Assembly (NCBI GenBank): GCA_036172245.1
Contig: JAYWIR010000025.1
Coordinates: 1,054,001-1,118,000 of the forward strand
Reading direction: 5' to 3'
Length of the DNA: 64,000 bases
Source: Raillietiella orientalis
Lineage: Eukaryota
This document shows positions 26,001 to 39,509 of this stretch, piece after piece. A program made the position numbers and the translations under genes. A model generated the notes under the pieces. It made no database searches. It was not told the DNA's origin and saw only the letters and a list, made by a program, of their open reading frames with translations. The number at the start of each line of letters is the position of its first letter. Within the stretch, counting starts at the first letter, position 1.

Positions 26001-27300
26001 AATCAGCCACACCGGGGACGTGGCACAAGTGAACCGGTGACCCCACGGATCAACGAATCCCGAAGTGACGGTTGCCTGCTCTCCCCCCTCCATCCTGCTC
26101 AACGCCGCCTGCCCTCGCGCGATAACAGAGGCAGCAACATCGGGAAGAAAAGCGACCAAATGCAGGGAGTCCTTCTCGCCCTCTGGTAGAAGGGTCCCGG
26201 AATTCCCTCCGGGATGGGGATTCCCAGCAGCCAGAAACCGAAGAGGGTCTGAGTGCTCAGGGAATGCGCAGCCAGGAGACATGGAGGAGAGGGAGCTTCC
26301 CACCAACATCTAGCACGGACGGTGGGAACATCTTTGTTGGCGCGCACTTAGAGGTGGCGGAAGTCGCCGAGAACTTCGCCGCCAACATTCCCGGATGCCC
26401 GAGGACGCCTGTGAAGTCCCTTCTCATCTCCGCGTGCTCTCTGCAGACTTCAGCGGCGGCTGCCAAGACCCGCAGCTGCGCCGACGCGAGACCCGCGTTT
26501 GGGAAGCCGGTGGTCACCGACCGGGATTGCCGGCGCCGGCGCGCACACGCGGTCAGGAGGAGGTGGAGGAGAGGAGCGCGCGCTCACGCTGGAGAACGCG
26601 GGTCAGCAGCACGCGTCGAGGCGACCCGAAGCTGGGGAGGTCTCGCTCAGCTCGCGAGAGCGGGGTGCCCCCGCGGAGAGGAAGGGGGGAGGAGGGGGAG
26701 GGAATCCTGAGGACCACTATAAGTGCGTGACGGAAGGCCGCAAGGTGTGCTGCTGCCGGCGCCGCACTTGGAGAGAATCGGCCGCAGGAACGTGCAAGGG
26801 GGACAACAGCGAAAGGAGGTGGGATGGGTGTGGGGAGAAGCATACGATAACTCGCATCTTCCCTCCACATGATGTTCTCGGATAAAGACTTGTGGAATTT
26901 CCTCGCGAGTGGAGTGCATCCCACGGTATTCTTCCCCTGGTTTGTGTGCTCGGGGGAAGGGAACGCTGCAGATACCCCACCGGAAATGGAAACGAAAAAT
27001 TGTCGGGGAAGTTTTTCACGTCTTCCTGCATTCTTTTTTCCAAACACACACACAAAAGACATCGCCCTACTTTTTATGTCTTCCTGCGAAAAGCCTGAAC
27101 CCTGCCCCTCCCCCACACATTCTCCGTCTGCACAAAGTTCTGCCCCTCCACTTCCCGTCCCTACGTTCCCCCCATCAAGTGAGCTTTCGGTTTTCTGAAC
27201 AAGGAACGCTGAAAGGGTGACTGCAGCTACTGCCCCTAAACGTGGCATCCCCCGACTCGGGGACTCTACGCGCTGCAGCTGGAAAATCAGCTCTTTCCCA
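20100..27300. promoter_or_regulatory. Intronic GC/CpG-rich block (CpG-island-like), putative regulatory region
   Basis: Visibly high GC with abundant CG and CGCG. No recognisable TE motifs. TATAAAA at 23001-23007 (+). Confidence 0.35.
24126..24243 (+). repeat. Polypyrimidine (CT-rich) tract
   Basis: Near-pure C/T run of ~120 nt. Confidence 0.9.
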
Positions 27301-29068
27301 GGAGTGTTTTGATGATGAGGGTCCCGGGCAAAAGATCCGCCTCCTTCAAGCACTTTCGCTTCGAATCCTCCTTAGCACGTGCTTTTCATCACAGAGAACC
27401 CTCAGGCAGATCAGCTAACTATGCGGCTTCTCAGATTCAAAGCATGTCGACATGGTGACCTCCGGTCACCAAAAGACGAGGTTCCTGGCCGAAACAACAT
27501 GGAATGGCTGAGTAAAACCATCCGCCGATAGTTTCCCCCTCCTCTTGTAGTTCCGTTTGAACCACATCTACCCCTCTATGAGGCTTCAAAATCAGGGTGA
27601 GTGAGCTCCCTCAGGATCACCGTCCCTTCGCCTGTGTGACTTGCGCCATCCCTCCCCAATCTACTACCCAAAGGTCGGCGGGTTCGCCCAAGTACCCGAG
27701 CTGCTACCAAAGGTTCCGCGTACGCGACGGATGTTCCCTGCCGAGGAGAGAGCTTTGTCGACAGAGTCGAGCTCCGAGTCTTCGACCTTCCACCAACCAC
27801 GGGAGGTTTCCAAGCGAGCCTCCTGCCTGTTCGAGTTTGGGCGCTACGCAGGCGTATAGGGTGCGTTCTTCTGAGGACTCAACCGCGTAGGTCTGCGCTC
27901 AACCGTGTTGGATGGCGGACGACTCCAAAACCTTGATGGGAGTGCTGTCCCCTTTGTTCTGTGAAATTCCTCAATAAACAGAGCCAAGGAGGGCTCGGTG
28001 AATTGATCAATGGAGGGATTAGTGGATCGAGAGAAGCAATCTTCGTGTCCTGTCTATCACGTTCTGTTCATCTGAGGTCATGGAAGTGTTTTAAAAAAAA
28101 TCGCCCTTCCGCATTCGCATCGGTTGGTATCAGTTCTTCTTAAACGCCAATGTTCTGAGCATTTTCTTCATCAGGAGGATCCGATCTGTGGGTCCAGTAA
28201 GCATCGAGTTCATATCGATTGCCAGGGAGGATCACGAAGGGCCTCATTTTGTCGAGGTGTGTCCGCGAGAGTTGTTCTCGACTCAGTAAAATGACGATGG
28301 CGTGCCTTCTCGGAATGTCTGTTTCTTGCGGAATCATCGTCGCTCTTGGAAGCTCAGGACCCGGGAGAGGGTCGTAAAATTCCCAAGATCACGACATCCA
28401 GCAGATGGAGATGCGCCAAGAGCACTGAAGATTCCAAGAGATGGGTGGAGTACATCAGGAGAAGCACCTCTTCTGTGGACTCTTCTGTGGAGTCCACTAG
28501 CAAGACCACAGCCTCGAGTGGAAATTTAAACGAAGAGGACAGGCATACTGTGAAGATGGTCACTGGTCGGCTGTACCCCGCGGCACATCATTTGTGAACG
28601 CAAACACGAACACGTCCTTTGCTGGCACGCTCTTTCTAATGAACGGCAGTGGGCACCACGCCAGCAAGTTTGTAAAAGGAAGGAAAGAGAAGAGGCCTCC
28701 TTCTTGATGATTCGTTTTTCCTACTCCTGTCATTTTTGTTTTTCTTCTTTTGCCAAGCTGCGCTCCAGGAGTGTCTCGGAAAAAAGGAAAATCTGTACAC
28801 CGCAAGGCTTCTGCGTCTAGGCTTCGCAAGTTTCTTCACGCTCGTCCGCATCCACGCAGGTAGGTCGCGATTTTCCCCTGAGAGGTGGACAGAGAAGCGG
28901 AAGTTGCGCAAACTTTATGGGATCTGGCGTCCGATGTTGTCGGCAGCATAGGAGCGAACAGATACCATGGTTACTCCCTTTTGTTTGGGGATCTGACCGG
29001 CAGCAGCGCGGGAAAGCAAGAGACAGTCGAATGCGAGAAGCCTCGCGTTTCAAAAACCACATAACAAG

Positions 29069-29072
<4 letters not shown>

Positions 29073-29125
<53 letters not shown>
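29073..29125. repeat. (CA)n microsatellite, ~26 units
   Basis: Direct reading of the sequence. Confidence 0.97.
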
Positions 29126-29128
<3 letters not shown>

Positions 29129-30169
29129 GTGTTTTCTCAGGAGACATCAAGCAACTCGTTCTCCTTTCTGCAAGACCTCAGAGACTGTTTTTAGCTGCGG
29201 AAAGAGACAAGGAACTCAAAGGGAACTCGTAAGGAAAGACGTGAACGATAGCCTGCAGAGAATTCCGGGTATTCAGGGATTTTGGATCTTCACGTGACAA
29301 CTCAGGTGCTTCCCACGGAAGTGCGCTGTCTGCGGCTGGAAAGGAGTGAGGAAACTCAGGAGAGTGGTTCAAGCACCCCTCCCTCCCGATCCCATATCAG
29401 GTTGAAAGAACGAAATCAGCAGTCAGCAGGAAGCTGTATGCCCCACTTGGGCTGGTGGCTGAATTTTCTACCACCTCTTTTTGTTTCTTTGCAGACAGGC
29501 ATATGGTCAGTGCTTTTGCTCTTCCGAGATTCGTCTTCCAGAAAAATCCTTGAACGACAAACAGGGAAGCAGCAGTTTTCCAGAAGAATGCCCGCTTGTA
29601 AATGGTGAGCTCGAAGGAGGCATCTGATCGTTCCAGCACCTTTTGGGGAAGGAATTTTTTCTTCCGGGAAAACCGTGCGAACCCTGGATGGAACTCATCG
29701 GAGTTTCTCAACCAGGCGAATAGCCAAGAGGGAATCCACACTGCAAGACCTCCCCAGCCGTAAGCAGCCACAAGTGCATGGCAAAGCCAGGGCGCTGTTG
29801 GCAACGCGACGCTTGCGGTGGTACACACGCCCGAAGGCAGCGATCTCTCCAAGAGCCGATCGGGAAAGCTGCCGCGGCGGAGCGCTCGTTGGATGGAGTC
29901 CCAGAAATGTACGGGCTGCGAGCAGCGCGCACAGCCTTCTGGAAACGAAATATCCTCCGAGGAAAGGTGAGCGGTGATTGCCTGCTCGATGCCTTCTTTC
30001 GAAATACGAGGTATGCTTCTTGTATACATGGAAGGGAGGAAAAATTGGTCCGATCTGCCAGAACTACCCGTGTTTCCTAATCAGATTGAACGTTCAGGAA
30101 ATGGCGTCAATTGTCCTAGTGAATTGGAACCTGCGATGCCAATCAGTGATTACGTCGGTGTTGCAGTAC

Positions 30170-30570
30170 AGTCTTAGGGGAAAATTACGAGCGCAAGAGT
30201 GGCTCATTTCCAAACTCGAAAGCTCTTTTCGGAGGAAAATGGACAGACTTTACGATCAGTTCAACCTGCAGGAACCCCCACCATGTGACAACCTAATCGT
30301 ACGGCAGTGTGATCTGCTCATGATGAACTGCAGTTTAAGTGCTACATAGGAAAAGACCAATACAGTAAAGAACAGACTGCTCCCTTATAAAAGCTGGGAG
30401 AAGTCATTTGTCGACGGTGTCGTACTTTCTGTTGATGATTACTTTGCCTCGAGTAGGAAACTCGAAACAAGGTAATCGAGGCACCGGGGAAGGGCTTGCG
30501 GTACATCGGACAAGTGCAAGAACACCGATGCGACACGCGGCAACCTGGAAAGTGCTCAGAAGGACTTCGC
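30170..30570 (-). mobile_element. Tc1/Tc3-like transposase fossil (C-terminal half)
   Basis: STFQVAA / SHRCSCTCPMYRKPFPGASI...RQMTSPSFYKGAVCSLLY resembles FQQDGAP.H....L...FPGRWI...PDLTP.DF+LWG.+K..VY. Confidence 0.35.
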
Positions 30571-31369
30571 GGTGGTTCCTGCTATTTGAGGAGCGAAAAT
30601 TCGAAGTCATCTCGGAAGGAAGACGAACTGTTCCGTCCACTTCCTCATCCTAAAGAATTCGCTTTGGCGATCTTGACGGGTATTAAAGGGAAAGACGCAC
30701 GCACACGTTCTGCAATGCACGATAGTTAAGCTTCCAACATCATTCCCACACACACAACGAGGAAACACTTGAAACACTTGAGGGTCTCGAGCCAAGGGCA
30801 ACCGCAAATCTCAAAAATCTCAAGCGAATTTGGAAACGCGAGTTCCAATATCTCCACAGCCATCACTCCAGCGAGAACGTTTTCCTTCCAAAACGCCTTT
30901 CTAAAACCACCTCTGGAGATTCTTAACAGTTGGAAAGTTGCGACATACGGTTTTTGAAATTCTCAAAAAGATACAGGAGTCCCTTCTTGATTAGGGGACA
31001 GTTTGGTAGAATATGCGAGATTACATACGCCCACGGTGCACTACGGTCACTCAATTCACATTCCCTTCATTTATTTAAGGTTTAGTGAATCCCAGATCCA
31101 AGGAATTCAGCTGGAAAGTAGTTTCACGGGCAATGGTACTTTCTATCTTTTCTAATTAAACGCTTGAATCTATTGATTCAAGTTTCGCAAAAGTCGCTTG
31201 TGCTGAGAGCACGGTTCGCTTAAGGTTGCCTGGCGACAGAAGGCACGCTTTCACAAATATGTAGTCCAGATGAGGCACATGAAAAGACGAAGTACAATGA
31301 GTGAACTATCACGAAACACTTTCATAAACCGTAAGAAGCTGTCCTAAAAGTTACTCCATGATGAGTGCC

Positions 31370-32020
31370 ATCTCATAATAGAAGAATTGGTTTCCAATTT
31401 GGTGTCCAAATGGTGCTTCACCCCACGTGAATGCACCTCGTTCAATCCACGAACACAAAAACTCAAACTCATCCCATTGTAAACCACTAAAAAAAAAAAT
31501 TGCTGTTTCATATACGTTTAAACACACGACATAAATTTCAATGAAATCGAAATTCTTCGTACAACGGGCGTCACTAAATAAAAGGAGGAACCAGCATCAC
31601 CTTCAGCAACATTTTTCAACAGATGCAGTTAAGAACAGATTCCTTTGATCACATAATTCCTTTGAAATTCGTAACGGGTCTTAATACAAATTGCAACTTT
31701 GTTGAATTTATGAAACGAGGGATCCTCCTTCTTTTGGAGGGTGCACTTTGCTACATTTCCACCACCTCGTTCCGTTCCCGTTTCGAGCTGCCGTGGGAGC
31801 CATGGTGCCAACATCTCATAAACACATCATGCCATGCGATCCGGCCGTGAATCTCCGGAGGATGAAACAGCGACGCCGAAGATTTTCCGAAAGCGCGATA
31901 CAGGTAGCCCACGTTCCCTTTTCGGACGCAAAAGATTCCACAAAAGTCGAAAAGTACCACGGAGCGCCGAATTTGGTAGCTGAGCTTGTCGAGGAAGAAG
32001 ACCTCGACTTCGCGCATAAA
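31370..32020 (+). mobile_element. Mariner (DD34D-type) transposase fossil
   Basis: KRGILLLLEGALCY...RFELPWEP and, after a frameshift, HIMPCDPAVNLRRMKQRRRRFSESAIQ...YHGAPNLV. These match G++LLHDNA.PH...F.WE..HP...DLAP.D+.LF..+K..L.G++F...GI..LV. Confidence 0.55.
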
Positions 32021-32799
32021 CCAGGAAGTACACAACGCTCCCGAAGTCGGTCGGCCAGCGTGTTAACGGGTAAATTGCCTCCGACTCTGCACCGAGGCAA
32101 TTAAGAATTAACTTCCGGCATAGACTTTCTACTGCTGGAAAATAATTACTGATGAAGCAAGGTGCACGTATCCAGTCGAGATGCTATGGGTGCCCTTTTC
32201 GGCGGCCGACCCGATAGGATACTCCCTGGAAGGCTAGTTTTTTTCCTTTTTTCTGGTTTTTTGAAGGCAAGCTTTGTTCGCGCAGATTTTAAACTGAATT
32301 TAAGGAGAGGAATGGCAATAGTGATCCACTTATTCAAATGATGACCTGCTAAACGAAACTAGGCCACAAAGTACACTCCTCACAGATTTTGGTCCTCGAG
32401 GCGACATTTATGCAAGAATAAACTCTGGACTCGCTTTGATAAACGTCGGCACATCCAGAACCCTTTTTAATTAACGATTGTGGAAGTTCACTCGTAATTA
32501 AAGAAAAAACGCCCTGTTCCACTTCTGGTCGCTTTAGTTTAGAGCATGCCAATCATTTGCAAAAGATGCTTTTAATGAACGCAAGCCTCAAATCATTGGA
32601 ATTCGGTAGCCTGTTCAGGCAAAGAGGATCAAGGCAGCTCATGCAGCTGCTGGTTTCTTTCGATGGCATCAAGAAACGGTTCCGAGTGAATAATCAGGCA
32701 GTTTAAACGGGAGATACAGAGCTGGAAGCGATGCTGTGGGATGCAGCATCGCTCCTAAACCCAAAAGACTGCGGAGGCGGACCACTACGATCTTGAGCT

Positions 32800-33600
32800 T
32801 AAATGCGAAGAGATTTTATTTGCTTGGGTCACTTTGCATTCAGTGGCTTCTCCTGGCAAGCATCGTTTCAAATGGAAAGTGAAAGCAAGACAGCGTCTCG
32901 TAGACGTCATGAACACCCATCGCATCGACGGCGAACGCGGTGCTCGTCGTGTGCACCGCATTTCATGCCGACGCAAACCAAGATGCCCCTCTGCCGACCG
33001 ACGACCTGGTCAGCAGGATCTGACTTTGCCATTGTCTCACCCGAGTCACATTTTCTTTTTCCTTCTTCGCCATTCTGAATCCGATCTCAGTGGGTGAGTT
33101 TCGCAAATGGACGTCGATCTCGAAGGCCTCTTTATTATCGGAAAAATTCCGAGACGAGCAAATGAAAAAAACTGAGGTCGCCCTTGCGAGTTTTAGACCC
33201 CTCGGCAAAACTGAGGAAGCCAAGAAGATTGATTTTGTCGTGGAAGCAAGCATAACGGACAATTGGCTTCAGTACACTTTCCACGTGCACAAAAAAGCAC
33301 TTGGTTTTCACGGAACCGGCGAGCGTAAAACCGACTGAAACATCTCTAGCGTGTCAATCTTTCGCGGCATTCTGGAACATTTCTCTCTTTACATTTGGTT
33401 GCTGATGAAACCACGTCCAGATTGGGACCTCCACCCGTTCACTCGTTCCGTTTTTTCATCACGGGGAGCTTCCATGCAAGATGAAGGAGCCGTGGCGCCA
33501 GAGAATGTGCTCTGCGGAATAAAGCAGGATGACGACCGCTTCGCTTTGCGCGCCACCCCGGTGCCATCAGAGAGCGCATCGAGGAGTCCACAGAGACTCT
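32800..33600 (+). mobile_element. Tc1/Tc3-like transposase fossil
   Basis: DFICLGHFAFSGFSWQAS...RHEHP (FSDEAHF.L.G.VN..N...ENP), PTTWSAG...SPESHFLF (VTVW.G...GP+FF), TDNWLQYTF, HFSLYIWLLMKPR (DF.+WG.LK.+V), in order. Confidence 0.5.
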
Positions 33601-33779
33601 CCAAGAAGAGATCTTCCATTCTGATGGGTGCAGGTTGCTGAGAAGGCGTTAATTTTTTTTTCCTTTTCGGCTGGCTTCAAGGTTACCACCGAATGGAAGA
33701 GAAAAAAAAAAAAAAAAAAATCACAAAGCAATGGATTCTCGATTCGTTACTGGCAGTGGCACAGACTTGAGCTCTCTTC

Positions 33780-34230
33780 GTGATGGAAGGCAAAGATTCA
33801 AAATTACAGCATTGCAGCATCGTGAAGGAAGGTCACGGAAGCAGAGGTACTTTTTGCTATGATCTCGTGTTCGCGTTTCGACCTGTTGCACAAGCAAAAA
33901 GTGGCTGGGAACGAGCAGTCCCAGAGACGCAAGCAGTCAATTTAGAAGGGGGCCGAAAAACCCTCCGTTCCTATACATCTTTTTTTCGCATATCCAATAA
34001 TATTTCGAGAGTTCCCTGGAAAAAAGTGGTTTTTCAAGAAATGGCGCGTGGCATTCAACTCATCCGTTGGCCTCAGTAAAGATTTGCATGCACTTTCGAT
34101 TTTCACGTCGAATATCGTCTTCTCCATAGTTCGGTTGATGTCAAGGCAAATTTTTTTCTGCCCCTGTCTTTGCCCAGCATCCGACCCACTTTGTAGGTGA
34201 ATCCATTTCATCTTCATCTTACTGTCATTT
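33780..34230 (-). mobile_element. Mariner (DD34D-type) transposase fossil
   Basis: KMKWIH (DE.W+H), TMEKTIFDVK (VM..VF+D..G), ELNA (T+NA), GTARSQ (DNARPH), LLP*PSFTMLQCCNF (LPHPPYSPDLAPCDF). Confidence 0.55.
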
Positions 34231-37200
34231 TCGTTTTCACTTGAAGGCCTCGACTGGTCATTAATAATTCATTTTTCTTTGTCCTCTGTTCCCCATTCTT
34301 TATTGCAAAGCTGCAGAAAGTTTCGGCCTGCTAAGAACAAGGATGCGTTCTCTCCGCTTACTAAACATCTTCTGAGACGTCTGACGCCTTTCTTCTAGCT
34401 GGAACGGATTTCTTGGTCTTTTCCGGCATTCTGGATTGGATTAACGACTCATGGCTACTCAGCAAAAAACAGCAAGGGTGCAAACAAGAGACGTAGGTCT
34501 TTCTTAATCCCGTTTTCTTAAGAAACCCTTGGTTGATGTCGAAGAAACCAGCAGACACACCGACCAGAGGTATGCGCTGCTGATGCCATCATTCTTCCTC
34601 TCGAGTTACATACGGAGCAGTACACTCGGGTGGTCAACTCGCAACTCCTTTGCTTTCGCAAAAACGCCGTTGGCTGTAAGTTCAAGCAGAAACGACTTGA
34701 TCTCAGTGCAGAAGTGGCGGTGAGGTGAGACCCTGCTCCTCTCGGGAAGCGCAAAAGCCCTTCTGGAAGCTGAGCGAGAGGCTGCAGTCCAATGGTTGAG
34801 TGGGCACCAACTTTTTTCCCATCAGGTGGCGAAAGGTCATCTTCGCGACCACGAATTGCGGTCCGGGGCCCCTTCAAGCAGGCGGTCAAGTATTTACTAT
34901 TCGTTCAATTGACCCTTCGCACCTGTCACCTTTGTTTCATCCCCTACTTCACCAGATCCGGGAGTATGCAGCTAGGGAGCTGCGACTTCCTCGACCGAGG
35001 AGGAGGAGAGATGGTGAACGTGCATCTCCGGGGCGATTTATCCTGATTGTCGGGAGGTGGATGGGTCTCCCTGCGGCCGACAGCCGCGGCTGTTTCCCCC
35101 CCCTTCCCCAGCTTTCCTCAAGGAACGCACTCTTCGTTCCCTCTCGCCAAATCCCGGCGGCGTCTCTTCGCAAGCTGCGTGACCACAGCCCGCCGCCTCG
35201 CCAGCAGCACGAACGCTCGATCTAAGGCGAGGAGAAAAGCCGCTCGGCGGAAGTAAAGCAAGCAGAGAGACCTCTGTTGCAGGGAAAAACGAGATCGAAG
35301 GAAGATGCTTATCTGGATGGGAAGAAGCGGAGGACGTCGAGCGCGTGCCCCATCTCGGGAGGAAACCGGACCGAGTGACCAGTTGCTGCTGCCGGGGGCT
35401 CTGATCCCCACCCCTGGATCAGATGGAGGAATCAAACAGAGGTGGACGGGCAGCTCTGCTCGCTTGCGGTGGTTCGGAGTGATCGGGGAAGCTGCACCGC
35501 GTTCAAGTTGCACTTTCGAGGGTTGAGGGGAGCCTCCCTACGTTCGGGGGCCAGCATAGGTGTTTGCTTGTGGCGTTTTTCGAGGTGCGACCCTGAGGGG
35601 TGGGTGTCTGTGAACCATCGGCGCTGCGGGAGGGCTGCCACAGTACCTTAGGACCACTCTCCGCTTTCCCCTCCTTCCAGGGACCTTCCATCGTTCATAC
35701 AAAGGGTGTACGGCCTGACTCCCGCGTGCAAAACGCAAAGGGGAGAAAGCCGGCTCTGGATAGCGAGCTGCGCTCAACGCGCGTGCGCTCCCCTCCCCCC
35801 CCCCCCCAATCAAACTTCAACTTTCCACCTCGTCCTTTCTCAACGGGAAAGCAAGGATCAGGGAGTGTGGAAGGTCGGATGCATGTCTGAGAGCTGCAGG
35901 CACGCCGAGCTATCCAGAGGAAGATGGAAGGAGGGGGGGAGAAGAAGGGATTTCCGGGGTTCCCCCTCCAGCGTGCTCGCTCCTTCCCTCTCTGATCGGC
36001 TCCGCTCGTTACACCGCAACGTGGGGTTTCGCCTCATCATCGTCCGTAGCGGGCGACAAGGACGTTGTTACGCACGTTCGTCAAATCACCGTCGTGCTAT
36101 GGATAGCCGCTTCATCCTCCCATTAGATGAGCCCACGAATTCCTACCCGAGGCTCGTCGCTCTCCGACGCTTCCACCTGAGGAAGCCATCACCATCACCA
36201 GTTTCGCACCTTCCTGGGGTAGCAAGCGATGGAGGGGAAGGAGACCAAAAAGACGAGTTCCGTGGAGTTCCCTCGCCTTCGTCCTTGCCGCAACAGGCTC
36301 GGGCTTCTCGCCGCGCCATCTCACGCAAGTGTCGCGCGCGCCCTCAGTCCACCCCAGGCCGGGGAAAAGGAAAAGGAGAAGGAGGAGGAGGAAGGGAGGA
36401 GTGGAAATGCCACCGGAAGTGCTCGCTTTCCTGAAACTCCCCCGGAAGAGGCCCTCCTCCGATACGACCTCCAGCGTTTCGAGCGGCGGAATCTTCGGAC
36501 CCCAGCAAATTCCAAGAGGGCGATTTCGACGCGTATCACCCTCGCCAGTGCTCTCGCCGCATGCCCAAGAGGATATGCGTGCCCAGAATTCTTGCAGAGC
36601 CCACATGGGGTCACGGCGTCCCGTTCCCATAGCGGCTCCTAAGTGCGGCGCACCTTGGCGCTGTTCGCTCACTACGGGACGCGCACTTCCAACTCTCTGG
36701 CCCCTTTTTCTGGGTTGCCACGCACCCAATTGCGCAAGACCAAATGCCTTCGCATTGTGTTTTTTATTTTTCTTTCTAAAAAAGAGAGAAATGATTTTTT
36801 CTCCTTGCCACAGATTTGTAAACCTGTTTCTTGGGATCTCACCCTGAACGGCCCATCGCCTCGGCAAGAATCGAAATGGATTTGTCGAGAGAGGAATTTG
36901 GGAAAAAGGAGGAGCAGAGGCAAAAGGGAGGAGGAAGAGGTGGAGAAAGTGGAAAAGAGGAAGCTACCTGCCGATCCACAAAAGGGATTCCTTCCTTACC
37001 ATCCCAAGCTTTCTGCACCTCTGGCACGCAGGCGTCTGTGAAAGCGAATGGAGCGACGGCCACTGGCGTGAGTCGAGTCCCAGAACGGTAGCGGTCCGGC
37101 CGGAACGTTCTCGGTTGCAAGAATCTGACCTACTACGGAGGTCCCAGCTGTGCGCGTTTGAACGGCTCTTTCTTCTCATGCCTTGACCATCGAAAAAGCA

Positions 37201-39509
37201 GGGGATGGGTGGGGAGCGAAATTTCTAAGGCAGCGAAACCTCCTCCTTTCCGAACAGCGTCCACTGACGGCCCGTCACTCTTGCCATGAAGCAAACACGC
37301 GGAAGAAAGCGACTGGGGGGTCGTTCTCAAAAGGCTTCCATCCCGTTACCCCCTCCCCCCTCCTCACCCTCCCCTTTCTCTCTTCGTCGACGAGTGCGCT
37401 GAGTCAAGCTAACGTTTTCCTTTCCTAACGCCTAAGGGGTTGGTACCTCTGACACAGAGAAAGGTCTGTCGTTTCCACTTGACTTTCGCGCCGGTGCTGA
37501 CAGCAGCACACGCCCAGCACGCACGTGCCTTTGAGGGACGGCGGGCAATCAGGGCTTGTGTCTGAGGGTAATGATGGAATGAGTCGGCAGTGCTTCTCAA
37601 GTCAAGTGCGCTCCAGGGACGAGGGCATGTGGACCAGTGGCAGAGAACGCTTTTGCTGCGACACACGCTGCACTGGCACAGAGACTCTCAGTACACCTTC
37701 ACCTGATCGCTCACACTTGCTGCAATCTCTCGACGAGAGAGAAATTTCATGATCCTCTCCCTTCCTCCCTTATACCATCGCGCACAGCGTTTTCCTTGTT
37801 TCCAACCAACGCGTTTCCCCGTGGACGAGACGTCTCTTTCGACGTTCTTTTCAAAAATTACGCGGAGCTGCACCGGTTTCCTTGGTTACTCGAATCAGAT
37901 TTTCATACACGCCCACGCGGAAGGAACTTTTCCGACCTCTGCCTAGTTGGAGGCAGTTCTTCCTCCCTCTCACTTCTCCGATACCCCCGATGGACGATTT
38001 GGGTTCCACCTGACCCTCTCTCTGCCTCCAAAGCACTCTCGAAGGAGACTCCTCGATGCGCAAGGTCCTCCGTCGCTCAATGGAAGGGAATCCTCTCATC
38101 ACTCGTGGAATTCTTTCCATTTGCTATGGAATGCTAAAACGTTGCGAATACTGAGGTTTTAAACGGGAAAAGGAAGCACTCAAATCGGCAGCAAGGGCAC
38201 TTCCGCGAGCTCCTCCAAGGGCAGTTGCTTGCTCCCGTGATTACCCTCCCCCCCACACTCGTCTTCAAGCCGGCACTTCATTCCCGATTCACCTTCCCTA
38301 ATATTTCTCAATTACTCTGCAATTATTCTTTGCAGGAGCGATGCGCATTGTGGTGGCAAGCCACAGTCTGCCCACAGTCTTTTCTGGATCCACGTTTGCA
38401 TCCCTACATGAATGCGCCTCACCCCTGTGAGAAAATTTGGGTTTTACGAGTCAATTCCATCGCCACGGTTACAGATGCACGGTCACACGTGATGGATGAG
38501 TGGCAAAAGCAAACAAACAAACAAACCAAAGGGGGGAAGGGGGGAAGCTGTGACGAGTAGGGCACTAACGCTGCTGTCTGGTAGACCCACGTCCGAGCCG
38601 AAGCCCTTCGGCTCAGTCGGCCCTCTGTCGCTCTGCGCCTACCGTCCAAGCGAGCAGAAGTGCATCCACGGTGCGCCGAAGCGGAGAAGACGATGGCTCG
38701 GACCTGCTACGACGCGTTCTGCTCGGTTTTTCGCGGATTCGATTTCACGTTCGCACGAGGCTGCTCCTGAAAACCTCCTCGGAGGATCGCGCACCGAAAT
38801 GGCAGGCTTCTCCGGAGTGAGGGTTGGGTTCGAGTCGTAAAAGAGGAGGACACCCAGCATCGTCGAAAGCTGCCATCTACACGCGGATCGGCGAGCGGTT
38901 GTTGAGGCGCGGAAAAGTTGCCATGGCTCCGGTACTGGGGGATCTGCAGCACGGAGCTGTAATTTTATATTTATAGAGGGAGGCATTGCGGAAAAGTACC
39001 CAGCGCCAGCGTTTCCTGTGCCGGAGAGGGACCAAGCGCGGAGGATATTCGATTCTGGGATGTCAACGAACCGAATGAAGATTCGTGCTACGCGTGGGGC
39101 AATGCACCTGACTTCCATTCGAGAGTGATATGACGGCCGATTTATTTTTCCAGTTAGGATACTGCAAGCCAATGAGAATGAGTTTATGAGCTTGGCGTTG
39201 GGAGTAAGCGAATGCTGGGAGAGAGATATCGAGCTCGGAAGGTCGCTCCAGTTACCGGGCATTAAACGAAAGAAAAAAGAACAAAAGTATTCTCTTGGTA
39301 CTACGACGGTGAAGAGGAGTTTAACCAACGGGCTACTTCGGCGAAATGGCGTCCCCTCATGGGATAAAGGGAGGAGGATCGGGATGAAGCAGAGCGCACA
39401 AGGCTGCACGGAGTGCTGAAAGGAAGCATTTTCCGAAAGGTTAGGTTTGCCCCGTGAATCTTAACCAGGGGTTCACGTGAGTTCTTTGGCGGTACTGAGG
39501 AAACGTGGG

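Noticed and set aside
20357..27353. Many overlapping 200-360 aa ORFs on both strands
   Set aside because: Arg/Pro/Ser/Gly-rich products expected from stop-poor GC-rich DNA; no domains or coherent exon structure.
27300..28600. Possible RT remnants (GYLGEP, RWVEY)
   Set aside because: Motifs too short and not in a verifiable ordered series.
29397..30029. Hydrophobic stretch LVAAYGWGGLAVWIPSWLFAWL as a possible TM7 exon
   Set aside because: I found no convincing flanking splice sites, and exon 18282-18096 fits better in phase and homology.
38826..38837. B-box-like GGTTCGAGTC suggesting a tRNA or SINE
   Set aside because: No A-box at proper spacing and no cloverleaf.
37750..39420. Possible LINE endonuclease (FPWLLESDF, plus) and RT (SSPLVKLLF, minus) traces
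   Set aside because: Single weak motifs; insufficient to call without an HMM search.
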